Shown here in pieces: positions 30,137 through 40,227 of a stretch of DNA of 64,000 nt (its first letter is position 1; the number at the start of each line of letters is the position of its first letter). Both the position numbers and the translations under genes were made by a program. Source of the stretch: Bacillota bacterium (GTDB lineage: Bacteria > Bacillota > DTU025 > MWDF01); assembly GCA_029565935.1 (NCBI GenBank), contig JAKQNF010000027.1, positions 6,905 to 70,904 on the forward strand. The letters are read 5' to 3'. Below the pieces are notes generated by a model that worked only from the letters and a program-made list of their open reading frames with translations, made no database searches and had not been told where the DNA came from.

Positions 30137-30972
30137 TTCAGGTTCCCCTTTTGCGAATCAACCAGTACGAGGACCTCCTCGACCCTGCTGAAATCAACCG
30201 ACGAACGCACGTATGCGACCTTGGCCATACCGTACGCACCCTCGTCGACGTCCACGACCTCGCCGATGATGTGTCCCGCCGGGTATATACCACCGAGGCC
30301 ACTGGATACGACCATGTCCCCCGGCCTGATGTCCGGGGTCGCCCCGAGCAGTTTTAGCCTAAGCACGCCGGTGCCGTCGCCGACTCCCTCGGCTATGGCG
30401 AAATCCCTTGACCGCACCGTCACAGCCCCTATCGCGTTCCTGGGGTCGTTCGCCAGCAGTATGCTCGCCGTATCGGCCGAGCTTGCCACCACCCTGCCCA
30501 CTATGCCGAGGCTGTTTATGGCCGCCATGCCCGGTTTGATCCCGTCCTTGGACCCTCTGTCTATCACGACCGTCCCGAGCCAGTTGCCGAAATCCCTGTA
30601 CACTACCTTCGCTGCCACCGTCTTGCCCTTGAACTGCTTCTTGAGGTCCAGCAGGCCGGCAAGGCGCGCATTCTCGGCCTCCAGGCCGGAAATCTGCGCC
30701 ACGTTGGATTTAAGCGCCTCCACTTCCTCTTTGAGGCGCCTGTTCTCGTCCATTATGCTGCCCAGCCTGAACAGTCCCCCCAAGAAATCGGAGATCCCCC
30801 TGCCGATGTTCCAGAAGAAGTCGCCTATGGGCGAGAAGATGCCCCTGAGTATCTTCTCAGGTAGCGTAAGGCTCGCCCTGTCCCCGGAGGTGGCCGATAT
30901 CACAACCGATAGGGCAATTATGACGATGAGTATGGCAATCAGGGCTTTTACGGCCCTCGGGATCCCGCGCAT
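30133..30972 (-). CDS. mreC: Rod shape-determining protein MreC
   Basis: 279 aa. N-terminal TM plus coiled coil (NRRLKEEVEALKSNVAQISGLEAENARL), beta-rich C-terminus. Confidence 0.85.
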   Translation of the reverse strand: MRGIPRAVKALIAILIVIIALSVVISATSGDRASLTLPEKILRGIFSPIGDFFWNIGRGISDFLGGLFRLGSIMDENRRLKEEVEALKSNVAQISGLEAENARLAGLLDLKKQFKGKTVAAKVVYRDFGNWLGTVVIDRGSKDGIKPGMAAINSLGIVGRVVASSADTASILLANDPRNAIGAVTVRSRDFAIAEGVGDGTGVLRLKLLGATPDIRPGDMVVSSGLGGIYPAGHIIGEVVDVDEGAYGMAKVAYVRSSVDFSRVEEVLVLVDSQKGNLK

Positions 30973-30984
30973 TCCGGCTACCTC

Positions 30985-32022
30985 TTATCCCTGTTGATAA
31001 CGCCTGGATGACGCTGAGAGCCCCTTTAGGTATTCCAGGTGGTCCAGGACGATACCGGTGCCCCTCGCCACTGCGGTCAGAGGGTCTTCGCATACGAACA
31101 CGGAGATGCCCGTCTCCCTCGACAGCAGCTTATCGAGCCCTTGCAGCAGGGATCCTCCACCGGCGAGGATGATGCCCCTGTCCATTACGTCGGCCGATAG
31201 CTCCGGAGGAGTCTTCTCGAGGCACTCCTTGACCGCGTTGACTATCGTCCCCACTGGTTCCGCCAAAGCTTCCCTGATCTCGGTGCTGTCGACCTTGACG
31301 GTCTTGGGAAGCCCGGTCACGAGGTCTCGTCCTCTGACTTCGAGGTATGTCTCGGGCCCTACTACGTAGGCCGAGCCGATCTTCTGCTTGACCTCCTCTG
31401 AGGTGCGTTCTCCTATAAGAAGGTTATAGGCCTTCTTCATGTGCTGGATGATGGCATCGTCCATCTCGTCTCCTGCAGTCCTGGATGATATCGAGGAGAC
31501 TATCCCGCCCAGGGACAGTACGGCGACTTCCGTCGTCCCTCCTCCGATGTCGACTATCATCGAGCCGGTCGCTTCCGTCACGGGAAGACCGGCGCCTATG
31601 GCAGCCGCCTTCGGTTCCTCTATAAGGTGGGCCTCCCGCGCACCGGCCCGCATCACGGCATCAACTATCGCCCTGCGCTCTACCTCCGTCACGCCCGACG
31701 GGCAGCCGACCACAACTTTCGGTTTCACCAGCCCCATGCTGTTGTGGACCTTGCGCATGAAGTAGCGCAGCATCTCCTCCGTGACGTCGAAGTCTGCGAT
31801 GACCCCGTCCCTAAGTGGCCTCACGGCCTTCACGTTGGCCGGTGTGCGTCCTAGCATCTGCTTTGCGTCCAGCCCCACCGACAGGACCTTCCCGGTATCC
31901 ATGTCCATCGCCACGACCGACGGTTCCTGCACCACTACACCCTTGCCCTTTAAGAACACGAGCGTATTCGCCGTACCAAGGTCGATGCCGATATCTCTTG
32001 AGAAAGCATCGAACAAGCCCAT
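30985..32022 (-). CDS. mreB: Rod shape-determining protein MreB
   Basis: MGLFDAFSRDIGIDLGTANTLVF... actin-fold phosphate motifs. ATG at 32022. Confidence 0.95.
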   Translation of the reverse strand: MGLFDAFSRDIGIDLGTANTLVFLKGKGVVVQEPSVVAMDMDTGKVLSVGLDAKQMLGRTPANVKAVRPLRDGVIADFDVTEEMLRYFMRKVHNSMGLVKPKVVVGCPSGVTEVERRAIVDAVMRAGAREAHLIEEPKAAAIGAGLPVTEATGSMIVDIGGGTTEVAVLSLGGIVSSISSRTAGDEMDDAIIQHMKKAYNLLIGERTSEEVKQKIGSAYVVGPETYLEVRGRDLVTGLPKTVKVDSTEIREALAEPVGTIVNAVKECLEKTPPELSADVMDRGIILAGGGSLLQGLDKLLSRETGISVFVCEDPLTAVARGTGIVLDHLEYLKGLSASSRRYQQG

Positions 32023-32049
32023 ATGTAAATCCCCTTTCGGCATCCGGCC

Positions 32050-32778
32050 TCAGCCGGCGCTGCCTAGAATGCCTGTCTCCTTGAAGCTAACGTAGGAGTC
32101 TGCCCCGATGACTATATGGTCGATGACCTCTATGCCTATGAGCCTTCCCGCCTCCAGCAGCCTCGCCGTCACGGCCATGTCCTCCCTGCTGGGCGTAGGG
32201 TCTCCGCTGGGGTGGTTATGCGCGACTATGAGAGAGGCCGAGTTCCTTGCGATGGCCGCCCTGAATACCTCCCTCGGATGTACCAGCGACGCCGTCAGGG
32301 TGCCCATCGACACGGTCTCGATGTCCAGCATCCGGTTCTTGGAATCCAGCATCATAACCCTGAACTCCTCGTGCCTCAGGTGCCTCATGCCGGGCCTTAG
32401 CATCGCAGCCGCATCTACGGCCACCGATATCCTGGGCCGTTCCCCGAGGTTCCCGGAAGCTATCCTGGAGCCCAGCTCGACCGCGGCTTTTATCTGCGCC
32501 GCCCTCACCTTTCCCAGCCCGGCCGTCTTGGATAGCTCGTCCACATCAAGCGAAGCGAGCCTTTCTTGCCCTCCGCACCCGCTGATGATCCTGATCGCCG
32601 CCTCAAGCGCGCTCTCGCGCCTGTTTCCGCACCTAATCACGACCGCTATAAGCTCGGCGGTGCTCAAAGCCGCCGGTCCTAATGAGAAAAGCCTTTCTGT
32701 CGGCCTTTCGGCGATGGGCATCGCCTTCATTCCCTTTATCGTATCTTCGGTCACCGTAAACGCCCTCCCCTGCACCAT
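32050..32778 (-). CDS. radC: RadC-like JAB-domain protein (UPF0758)
   Basis: HNHPSGDPTPSREDMAVT JAMM-like motif. ERPTERL HhH N-terminus. True start may be the internal ATG at 32730. Confidence 0.8.
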   Translation of the reverse strand: MVQGRAFTVTEDTIKGMKAMPIAERPTERLFSLGPAALSTAELIAVVIRCGNRRESALEAAIRIISGCGGQERLASLDVDELSKTAGLGKVRAAQIKAAVELGSRIASGNLGERPRISVAVDAAAMLRPGMRHLRHEEFRVMMLDSKNRMLDIETVSMGTLTASLVHPREVFRAAIARNSASLIVAHNHPSGDPTPSREDMAVTARLLEAGRLIGIEVIDHIVIGADSYVSFKETGILGSAG

Positions 32779-32802
32779 GATGCAGACGAGGACCTTCGCG
32801 GG

Positions 32803-33396
32803 CTAGATTACCCGGATGCCTGCCTCCTTAAGAAGTCGAGCCGTAAGCCTTAACGGAAGGCCCACAACGTTGAAGTAGTCCCCCGTTATGCCCTCGATAT
32901 AGAGCGAGCCCAGCCCCTGTATGGCATATGCGCCCGCCTTGTCGAGCGGCTCTTTTGTGTCGACGTACCCGGCTATCTCCTCTTCGGACATCGGAAGGAA
33001 CCGCACCTTGGTCTCCTCATGGGCGGATGATTCGAACCCGCCCGCCGCGTTAATCACGCAGACTCCCGTGAAGACCTCGTGTTCCCTTCCCTGCAGCTTC
33101 CGGAGCATGCTCTTCGCATCCTCCTGGTCCTTGGGCTTGCCCAGGACCTCTCCTTCCAGAACGACCACCGTGTCAGCGCCGAGGACGACATCAAACGGCC
33201 TTCCTGCCGATACCGCCTGGGCCTTCCTCTTCGCCAGTGTCTCTACTAGAAGGCCGGGATCCGGCCTTCCGTCCACGTATTCGTCCGCGCTGCTAGGAAC
33301 GATGTCGAAGATAAGCCCCAGCGAACCTAGGAGTTCGATCCTCCTTGGCGACGCCGAAGCCAGGATAAGTCTCGCCATTCCTCTACCGGATGCCAT
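32803..33396 (-). CDS. maf: Maf nucleoside-triphosphate pyrophosphatase (septum formation protein)
   Basis: LILASASPRRIELLGSLGL... canonical Maf. Confidence 0.9.
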   Translation of the reverse strand: MASGRGMARLILASASPRRIELLGSLGLIFDIVPSSADEYVDGRPDPGLLVETLAKRKAQAVSAGRPFDVVLGADTVVVLEGEVLGKPKDQEDAKSMLRKLQGREHEVFTGVCVINAAGGFESSAHEETKVRFLPMSEEEIAGYVDTKEPLDKAGAYAIQGLGSLYIEGITGDYFNVVGLPLRLTARLLKEAGIRVI

Positions 33397-33462
33397 GGCC
33401 TCTCGGGCCTTGCTTCCGTCTCCCTTTTATTAATTTAACATAAAAACGGACGGCATCGGGAA

Positions 33463-33512
33463 CGCATCATAGAAATGGCCGCCCCCGCGCAAAGCAGAGC
33501 GCGGGGGCGGCC
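33463..33512 (-). terminator. 14-bp perfect GC hairpin (GGCCGCCCCCGCGC/GCGCGGGGGCGGCC) after rnfB: terminator of the rnf-containing transcript
   Basis: Read directly 13 nt downstream of rnfB stop. Confidence 0.6.
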
Positions 33513-33524
33513 ACGGTAGATGTC

Positions 33525-34352
33525 CTAGGCTTCTACTCTAAGGTCCGAATCGGGGCCGAACAGGTTGTGTATGCACTTGACCGGGCATTTCTGTACGCAA
33601 ATGCCGCACTTCGTACACTTCGAGTTGTCGATCACCGCTACGGTCCCGTTCATGCTGATGGCGCTAGTCGGGCAGTTCTTGACACATATCTGGCATCCGA
33701 TGCAGACCGCCGAGCAGTCCTGCTTGCTCTTGGGGATCGGGGCCTTCGAGCAGCAGACTACGTTCACCGGCTCCTCCGCGCTCCTAAGAGCGAGGAGCTT
33801 CCTGGGACAGACAGATACGCACTTGCCGCAGCCGGTGCACTTCGAGTCGTCTATCTTTGGCAGGCCGTCCTCTCCCATGTACATGGCATCGAACGGGCAC
33901 TCCCTGACACAAGAGCCGATGCCGAGGCAACCGTACGAGCAGGCCTTGAACCCACCGCTCACAGCGTTGGCAGCGGCGCAGGTGTCTATGCCCTTGTACT
34001 CGGCGATGTCCTTCGCTATCCCTTTCCCGCCGGCGCACATGAGCCTTGAGAACTTAGGGCCGTCTCCCGCTTCCAGCGCGACGCCCATTATCTCCGCGAT
34101 CTTCGCCGCCACACTTGAGCCGCCGACAAGGCACGATCCGCAAGGTGCCTTCTCCTCGCTTATCGCCTTGGCGAGCCCGTTGCAACCGGGATATCCGCAT
34201 GCGCCGCAGTTGGCGCCCGGCAGGACTCCTAGTATCATGTCTACCTTGGGATCGTGCTCCACTGCGAGCAGCTTCGCCGCCACGGCCAGGGCCACTCCGA
34301 ACACGAGGCCCATGCCACCCAGTATAAGAAGGCTGTTAACAATCATTTCCAC
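33525..34352 (-). CDS. rnfB: Rnf complex subunit B (poly-ferredoxin)
   Basis: N-terminal TM plus multiple CxxCxxCxxxCP clusters. Confidence 0.85.
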   Translation of the reverse strand: MEMIVNSLLILGGMGLVFGVALAVAAKLLAVEHDPKVDMILGVLPGANCGACGYPGCNGLAKAISEEKAPCGSCLVGGSSVAAKIAEIMGVALEAGDGPKFSRLMCAGGKGIAKDIAEYKGIDTCAAANAVSGGFKACSYGCLGIGSCVRECPFDAMYMGEDGLPKIDDSKCTGCGKCVSVCPRKLLALRSAEEPVNVVCCSKAPIPKSKQDCSAVCIGCQICVKNCPTSAISMNGTVAVIDNSKCTKCGICVQKCPVKCIHNLFGPDSDLRVEA

Positions 34353-34372
34353 TCACCCCCGTAAGCCGTCGA

Positions 34373-34969
34373 TCATAGGCCGAACAGCTTCTCGAGGTTG
34401 AAACCGGAGAAGCCAAGGAAAGCCATCGCCATCTGCGCGGTTATGATCAGCGCCAGAGGGAAGCCCTGGAAGGACTTCGCTATAGGCGCGGTATTGAGCT
34501 TTTCCCTCAGGGCGGCCATCGCTATTAGGACAAGGGAGAACCCTATCCCGCCTCCCGTGCCAGAGATAACCGCCTGGATGAAGTTATACCCTTCGCGTAC
34601 GTTGATCACGGCGACGCCGAGCACGGCGCAGTTGGTCGTGATGAGCGGCAGGTAGATGCCCAACGCCCTGTAAAGCGTGGGGCTCATCTTCAGGATAATC
34701 ATCTCGATCAGCTGGACCAGCGCCGCGATGACGAGGATGAAGGAGACCGTCTGCAGGAAGCCCAGTCCGAGGGGTACCAGCAGGTAATACTGGACCATCC
34801 AGGTGACCGCGGCGGCCAGGCTCATCACGAATATGACGGCGGCGGCCATGCCCATCGCGGTGTCGAACTGGTTCGACACGCCAATGAAGGGGCAGGTGCC
34901 CATTATCCTGGCCAGCATGTAGTTGTTTACGAGTATCGTGCTAAGCAGTATTATAAAGAGCTCTTTCAT
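34373..34969 (-). CDS. rnfA: Rnf complex subunit A
   Basis: 198 aa, 6-TM, RnfA/NqrE-like. Confidence 0.85.
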   Translation of the reverse strand: MKELFIILLSTILVNNYMLARIMGTCPFIGVSNQFDTAMGMAAAVIFVMSLAAAVTWMVQYYLLVPLGLGFLQTVSFILVIAALVQLIEMIILKMSPTLYRALGIYLPLITTNCAVLGVAVINVREGYNFIQAVISGTGGGIGFSLVLIAMAALREKLNTAPIAKSFQGFPLALIITAQMAMAFLGFSGFNLEKLFGL

Positions 34970-34974
34970 GACCG

Positions 34975-35631
34975 CTATACCTCCTTCGCGGCACAGGCTG
35001 CGCTAGCCTGCTTGGCCTTCTTGCTCCTGCTCGTGATCCCGTTGATCGACGCGAGCACGAAGCCGAGGGTCATGAAGCCGCCTACCGGCTTGTCTACCAG
35101 GGCCGCTGCGAACTTGGCGGGTATGAGCTTTATGCCTTCGAAACCGAAGTCCTTGGCGTAGAGTATCTTGCCCGTCGCTATGGGCTCCCTTATTATCGCA
35201 AGGATGATCACTGCCAACGTGAAGCCGAGCCCCATACCCAGGCCGTCGGCGATCGAATCGACGACGCCGTTCTTGTATGCGAACGCCTCTGCCCTCGCCA
35301 GGATGATGCAGTTGACGACTATCAGAGGCACGAACACGCCCAATATCCTGTGCAGGTCCGGCAGATAGGCGGCCATGCTCAGGTCTACGATCGTCACGAA
35401 CGTGGCGATGACGACGATGAAGCAGGGTATCCTGATCTTGTCGGGTATCATGTTCCTGAGGGCCGATATGAACAGGTTGCTGAATACTAGGACGAACGTA
35501 GCCGCGAGGCCCATGCCTACCGCATTGGACACGGCCGTTGAAGATATCATCGCGGGACACATGCCTATAAGCATGGCGAAGGTAGGGCTTTCGGCCCATA
35601 GGCCCTTCTTGAACTCCTTGAATGCGCTCAT
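34975..35631 (-). CDS. rnfE: Rnf complex subunit E
   Basis: 218 aa RnfE/NqrD-like membrane protein. Confidence 0.85.
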   Translation of the reverse strand: MSAFKEFKKGLWAESPTFAMLIGMCPAMISSTAVSNAVGMGLAATFVLVFSNLFISALRNMIPDKIRIPCFIVVIATFVTIVDLSMAAYLPDLHRILGVFVPLIVVNCIILARAEAFAYKNGVVDSIADGLGMGLGFTLAVIILAIIREPIATGKILYAKDFGFEGIKLIPAKFAAALVDKPVGGFMTLGFVLASINGITSRSKKAKQASAACAAKEV

Positions 35632-35645
35632 TGCCGCCTACCCCC

Positions 35646-36206
35646 TTACATCCCGAGGAGGGCCTTGGCTATATTGAGGGCCTTGTTGACCCCCGCCACG
35701 GCACCCTTGGAAGAAATCGTGGCGCCCGAAATCCCGTCAATCTGGCCGCCCTCTTTCACTAGGGACAGTACGCCCTTCTTGCCGGCGAACTGGCCGTAGA
35801 ACGGCTCCTCCTTGACGTTGGCGCCCAGGCCGGGTGTCTCGCTCTGGCTGATGACCTGCATACCTTGGCATACGCCCTGGGTATCCATGCCCACCAGCAT
35901 CGTGATCATCCCGCCGTATCCTGCGCTCTCGACCTTGACGATCGCGCCGACGGTCGAGCCGGCAGCTTTACCCAGATAGGCCTCCACGACCCCCTGTGCC
36001 CCGCCGGACGCTGCCGAGAGCTCTATCGCCGGTATCGGCTCGAAGTCGGTGGCCGAAGGAAGCACCACAGCCATCGCCTTCATGGCCTCCTTGGCCTGCC
36101 TCGCCTCAATGATTACGCTGGTCTTGCTGTAGACGAATGCAAGCGACACGCCCGATATCACGCAGATGACCGTCAGTATCGCACCGTATCTGATGAAATC
36201 ACGCAC
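35646..36206 (-). CDS. rnfG: Rnf complex subunit G (FMN-binding)
   Basis: DGISGATISSKGAV covalent-FMN motif. Confidence 0.85.
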   Translation of the reverse strand: MRDFIRYGAILTVICVISGVSLAFVYSKTSVIIEARQAKEAMKAMAVVLPSATDFEPIPAIELSAASGGAQGVVEAYLGKAAGSTVGAIVKVESAGYGGMITMLVGMDTQGVCQGMQVISQSETPGLGANVKEEPFYGQFAGKKGVLSLVKEGGQIDGISGATISSKGAVAGVNKALNIAKALLGM

Positions 36207-37176
36207 GGTTGCGCACCTCCCCGAAACGCTTCTGCGCGCCGAACCTCTCGATGAGTGGCACGAAGCAGTTCATAAGAAGTATCGAAAACGCCACGCCCTC
36301 GGGGTAGCTCCCGAACATCCTTATCATGAACGTGAATATCCCGAGCCCGACGGCGTAGACTATCTGTCCCGCAGGTTTTATCGGGCTGGTCACATAGTCC
36401 GTCGCCATGAAGAAGGCGCCGAGTATGAGACCGCCTGAGAGCAGGTGGAATATGGGGTCCTGGTTGAAGAGCATCGCAAGGCCTGCGGTCGTCAGCAAGT
36501 ACACGAGAGGTATCCTCAAGGTTATGATCCCGGCGAACAGCAGGAAAAGCGCCCCGATGAGAAGAGCTATCGCCGAAGTCTCGCCGAGCGATCCTCCCAC
36601 GTTCCCGAAGAAGAGTGGTCCGTAGAACCTGGACAGCGAAGTAGCGCCGATCTCCCCCGTCTTAAGGAGGCCGAGAGGCGTCGCCGACGCCACTACGTCG
36701 AATCCGCGCTTCCATGCGGTTATCCCGTCCGCTGCGACATATCCTGCGCTAAGCACCGAAGGCCAGGAAAGGGCCGCGAAAGTCCTGCCTATAAGGGCAG
36801 GGTTGAAGATGTTGTAACCCAGGCCGCCGAACACGATCTTGCCGGGGCCTATCGCTATGAGGCAAGCAAGTGCGGTGACCCAAGGCTCTACCGCCGGAGG
36901 CAGCGTTAACGCCACCAGTAGTCCGGTCAATGCCGCCGAGCCGTCGCTTATAGTAATATCGAACTTCCATATCTTCTGGATCGCATATTCCCAAAGGACC
37001 GCTGAAGCCACGCCTACCACCAGGTTGATGGCGGCCCAAGGGCCGAAGAAATAGACTCCGCACAGGGCCGCGGGCATCAACGCGATGAAGACGACCTGCA
37101 TTATCCTCGGTGTCGCGACCCTGTCCCTCAAGTGGGGCGCTGCGGTGATTATTAGGCCTTTTTCGGACATGTCCAT
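36199..37176 (-). CDS. rnfD: Rnf complex subunit D
   Basis: RnfD/NqrB-like polytopic protein. Start approximate (MDMSEKG). Track ORF overlaps rnfC end. Confidence 0.8.
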   Translation of the reverse strand: MDMSEKGLIITAAPHLRDRVATPRIMQVVFIALMPAALCGVYFFGPWAAINLVVGVASAVLWEYAIQKIWKFDITISDGSAALTGLLVALTLPPAVEPWVTALACLIAIGPGKIVFGGLGYNIFNPALIGRTFAALSWPSVLSAGYVAADGITAWKRGFDVVASATPLGLLKTGEIGATSLSRFYGPLFFGNVGGSLGETSAIALLIGALFLLFAGIITLRIPLVYLLTTAGLAMLFNQDPIFHLLSGGLILGAFFMATDYVTSPIKPAGQIVYAVGLGIFTFMIRMFGSYPEGVAFSILLMNCFVPLIERFGAQKRFGEVRNRA

Positions 37177-37183
37177 CACCCCG

Positions 37184-38497
37184 TCACTTCTTGCGCCTGG
37201 CCAAGGCATATTGCTTGGCCAGCTTAATCGACTGCACCAACGGCCTCTTCGAGGGGCAAACGTACGAGCAGCACCCGCATTCCATGCAGTCGGCGGCGAA
37301 TAGTTTCTCCGCCCTGGCCATGTCTTCGGCCAGCGCGTATTTATGAATCTCCGAAGGCTGCAGGAACATCGGGCAGACCTCGTTGCACCTGCCGCACCTT
37401 ATGCAAGGCATCTCCTTCCAGAAGAGCGCCTGCTGCCGTCCCAGCAGCACTATGCCAGAGGTGCCTTTGGTTATGGGGAAGTCCAGGCTAGGCACGGCGA
37501 CTCCCATCATGGGACCGCCGAATATTGCCTTGCCGAGCTCTCCCTTGACGCCCCCGCACAGCTCTACGAGTTCGGACGCATATGTCCCGATGTAGGCCTC
37601 CACGGTAGCAGGCCTGCTTACGGCCTCGCCGGATACCGTTACGTACCGCTTGATCAAAGGCAGGCCTGTCGTGAACCTGTCGGAGATGGCGGCTGCGGTC
37701 CCGACGTTAACCACTACGACCCCTACGCTGAATGGCAGCGCACCCGGAGGCACCTCGCGGCCCAGCGTCGCTTTTATGATGGCCTTCTCATACCCTTGCG
37801 GGTAACTGGATTTCAAAGGCATCACCTCGATGCCCTGGTACTTGCCGGCCGCGGCCGTGAGCGCCGCTATGGCGTCGGGCTTATTGTCCTCGACGCCTAT
37901 GATGGCCCTCTTCACGCCGACGCTCCTCATGACTATGTAGGTGCCGTGGACCACCTTGTCGGCCTTCTCCGTCATCATCCTGTGGTCGGAGGTGAGATAA
38001 GGTTCGCACTCGCCGCCGTTGACCACCACGGTGTCCACTTTCACTCCCTGGGGCAGCGACAGCTTAACATGGGTGGGGAACTCGGCCCCTCCCATCCCCA
38101 GCATGCCGGCTTCCCTGATGACGTTCCTGATTTCCTCCGGAGTCATCGAATCCAAGTCCTCGACCGGCGCGATCCCCTCGCATAGCTCCTGCTTCCCATC
38201 CGATTCGATCGTTATGCCAAGGAACTCCAGCCCTGTATGGGCCCTATATGGCTTAGCATCCACTACCTTGCCGGATACCGGGGAGTGCGTCGGAACGCAC
38301 ATGAAGCCCTCGTTGTCCGCCAACTTCTGACCCACCTTGACTTCGGTCCCCTTGGGAGCCAGCACTTTGTAGCCTACCCACGAAGGACCTACCGGCACCG
38401 TCACCCTTGCCGGCACGGGCGCCGTGACAGTCCCGGCATCGCACGCATACTTGCACTGTGCCGGGTGTATGCCTCCGACGAACGTCCTTACAGCCAT
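37184..38497 (-). CDS. rnfC: Rnf complex subunit C (NADH-binding, 2x[4Fe-4S])
   Basis: CIRCGRCNEVCP and CMECGCCSYVCP ferredoxin motifs. 437 aa. Confidence 0.9.
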   Translation of the reverse strand: MAVRTFVGGIHPAQCKYACDAGTVTAPVPARVTVPVGPSWVGYKVLAPKGTEVKVGQKLADNEGFMCVPTHSPVSGKVVDAKPYRAHTGLEFLGITIESDGKQELCEGIAPVEDLDSMTPEEIRNVIREAGMLGMGGAEFPTHVKLSLPQGVKVDTVVVNGGECEPYLTSDHRMMTEKADKVVHGTYIVMRSVGVKRAIIGVEDNKPDAIAALTAAAGKYQGIEVMPLKSSYPQGYEKAIIKATLGREVPPGALPFSVGVVVVNVGTAAAISDRFTTGLPLIKRYVTVSGEAVSRPATVEAYIGTYASELVELCGGVKGELGKAIFGGPMMGVAVPSLDFPITKGTSGIVLLGRQQALFWKEMPCIRCGRCNEVCPMFLQPSEIHKYALAEDMARAEKLFAADCMECGCCSYVCPSKRPLVQSIKLAKQYALARRKK

Positions 38498-38533
38498 CTA
38501 TCTCACTCCTTGTCGGTTGGTAGCCTTGGAGCA

Positions 38534-40213
38534 CTAGAACAGGTTCAGTATAGTACCGTCTTCCAGTATGTCGATGCTGTTGGCGGCCGGGACCTTCGGC
38601 AGGCCGGGCATTGTCATGACCTCTCCTGTTATCGCCACGATGAAGCCCGCGCCGGCGGATATCCTAATCTCCTTTACCGTAAGCTTCCAGCCTCTCGGCC
38701 TTCCCTTTATGTCGGCTATGTCGGTGAGGGAATGCTGGGTCTTGGCCACGCATACCGGCAAGTCGCCGTAGCCTATCCTCCTTATGGTGCCCAGCATGTT
38801 CTTTGCGGAATCCGAGAATAACACGTCGTCCGCACCGTAGACTTTCGTCGCAAGCGTCTTGATCTTCTCCTCCGCCGTCAGCTCGAGGCCGTAGAGCATC
38901 CTGAAGTCGTTGGCGTCCTTCTCGAGCGCCTCGAGCACCTGCTCTGCAAGCTGCCTGCCACCGTCTCCGCCCTTGGCGACGACCTCTGACACCGCATAGC
39001 GCACGCCGCGCTCCTTGCAGCGCCTCTCGATCAGTTCTAGCTCCTCCTGGCTGTCGGTGGGGAACTTGTTTATGGCCACTACTACGGGAAGGCCGAAGTT
39101 GTCCTTGAGGTTATCGATATGGGCATCGAGGTTCTCGCAGCCCTTCGCCAGTGCGTCGAGGTTGGTCTCGGACACTTTGTCCTTGGGCACGCCGCCGTGC
39201 ATGTTGAGCGCCCTGACCGAGGCGACCAGCACCGCCACATCGGGCTTGAGGCCGGTCTGCCTATGCACTATGTCGAAGAACTTCTCGGCGCCCAGATCGG
39301 AGGCGAAACCGCCCTCGGTGACTACGTAGTCGGCCAGCTTGAGGGCCAGCTTAGTAGCCAATATAGAGTTGTTACCGTGGGCTATGTTCGCGAAAGGCCC
39401 GCCGTGAATGAAGGCCGGCTGGCCCTCGACGGTCTGCACGAGGTTCGGCTTTATTGCGTCCTTGAGGAGCACCGCCATCGCGCCTACCGCCTTTATGTCG
39501 GCAGCGGTGACGGGCTTCCTGTCATAGGTATAGGCCACTATTATGCGTCCTAGCCTCGCCTTCAAGTCTTCCATGCCAGAGGCGAGGCAGAGTATGGCCA
39601 TCACTTCCGACGCAACGCTTATGTCGAAGCCGCTCTCCCTGGGCATGCCGTTGCTTATGCCGCCCAGCCCGCAGACTATGTCCCTCAGCTGCCTGTCGTT
39701 CATGTCCATCACGCGCTTCACCAATACCCTCCTGGGATCGATGTTCAGCGCGTTACCCTGGAAGATGTGGTTGTCCAGCAGCGCAACCATGAGGTTGTGG
39801 GCTGCGGTCACCGCATGGATGTCGCCCGTGAAGTGCAGGTTTATGTCCTCCATCGGCAGCACCTGCGAGTATCCTCCGCCTGTCGCCCCGCCCTTGATCC
39901 CGAACACAGGACCTAGGGAAGGCTCCCTCAAAGCTACCGTCACTCTCTTGCCCATCTTGCCCAGTGCCTGCGTAAGGCCTATCGCCGTGCAGGTCTTGCC
40001 CTCGCCGGCGGGAGTGGCGGTGATAGCGGTCGTGTAGATCAGCTTCCCGTTAGGATTGTCCTTCAGCCTGTCAAGCAGGCTGAGGGGAAGCTTGGCCTTG
40101 TATCTTCCATAATATTCCAGGTCTTTCTCGGCAATGCCGATCGAAGCCGCTATCTGCTGGATCGGCTTAAGCTCGGTGGCCTGTGCAATTTCAATATCGC
40201 TAGGAATTGGCAT
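38534..40213 (-). CDS. fhs: Formate--tetrahydrofolate ligase
   Basis: 559 aa. MPIPSDIEIAQ...TPAGEGKTCT P-loop typical of FTHFS. Confidence 0.9.
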   Translation of the reverse strand: MPIPSDIEIAQATELKPIQQIAASIGIAEKDLEYYGRYKAKLPLSLLDRLKDNPNGKLIYTTAITATPAGEGKTCTAIGLTQALGKMGKRVTVALREPSLGPVFGIKGGATGGGYSQVLPMEDINLHFTGDIHAVTAAHNLMVALLDNHIFQGNALNIDPRRVLVKRVMDMNDRQLRDIVCGLGGISNGMPRESGFDISVASEVMAILCLASGMEDLKARLGRIIVAYTYDRKPVTAADIKAVGAMAVLLKDAIKPNLVQTVEGQPAFIHGGPFANIAHGNNSILATKLALKLADYVVTEGGFASDLGAEKFFDIVHRQTGLKPDVAVLVASVRALNMHGGVPKDKVSETNLDALAKGCENLDAHIDNLKDNFGLPVVVAINKFPTDSQEELELIERRCKERGVRYAVSEVVAKGGDGGRQLAEQVLEALEKDANDFRMLYGLELTAEEKIKTLATKVYGADDVLFSDSAKNMLGTIRRIGYGDLPVCVAKTQHSLTDIADIKGRPRGWKLTVKEIRISAGAGFIVAITGEVMTMPGLPKVPAANSIDILEDGTILNLF

Positions 40214-40227
40214 GCGTGCACCTCCAT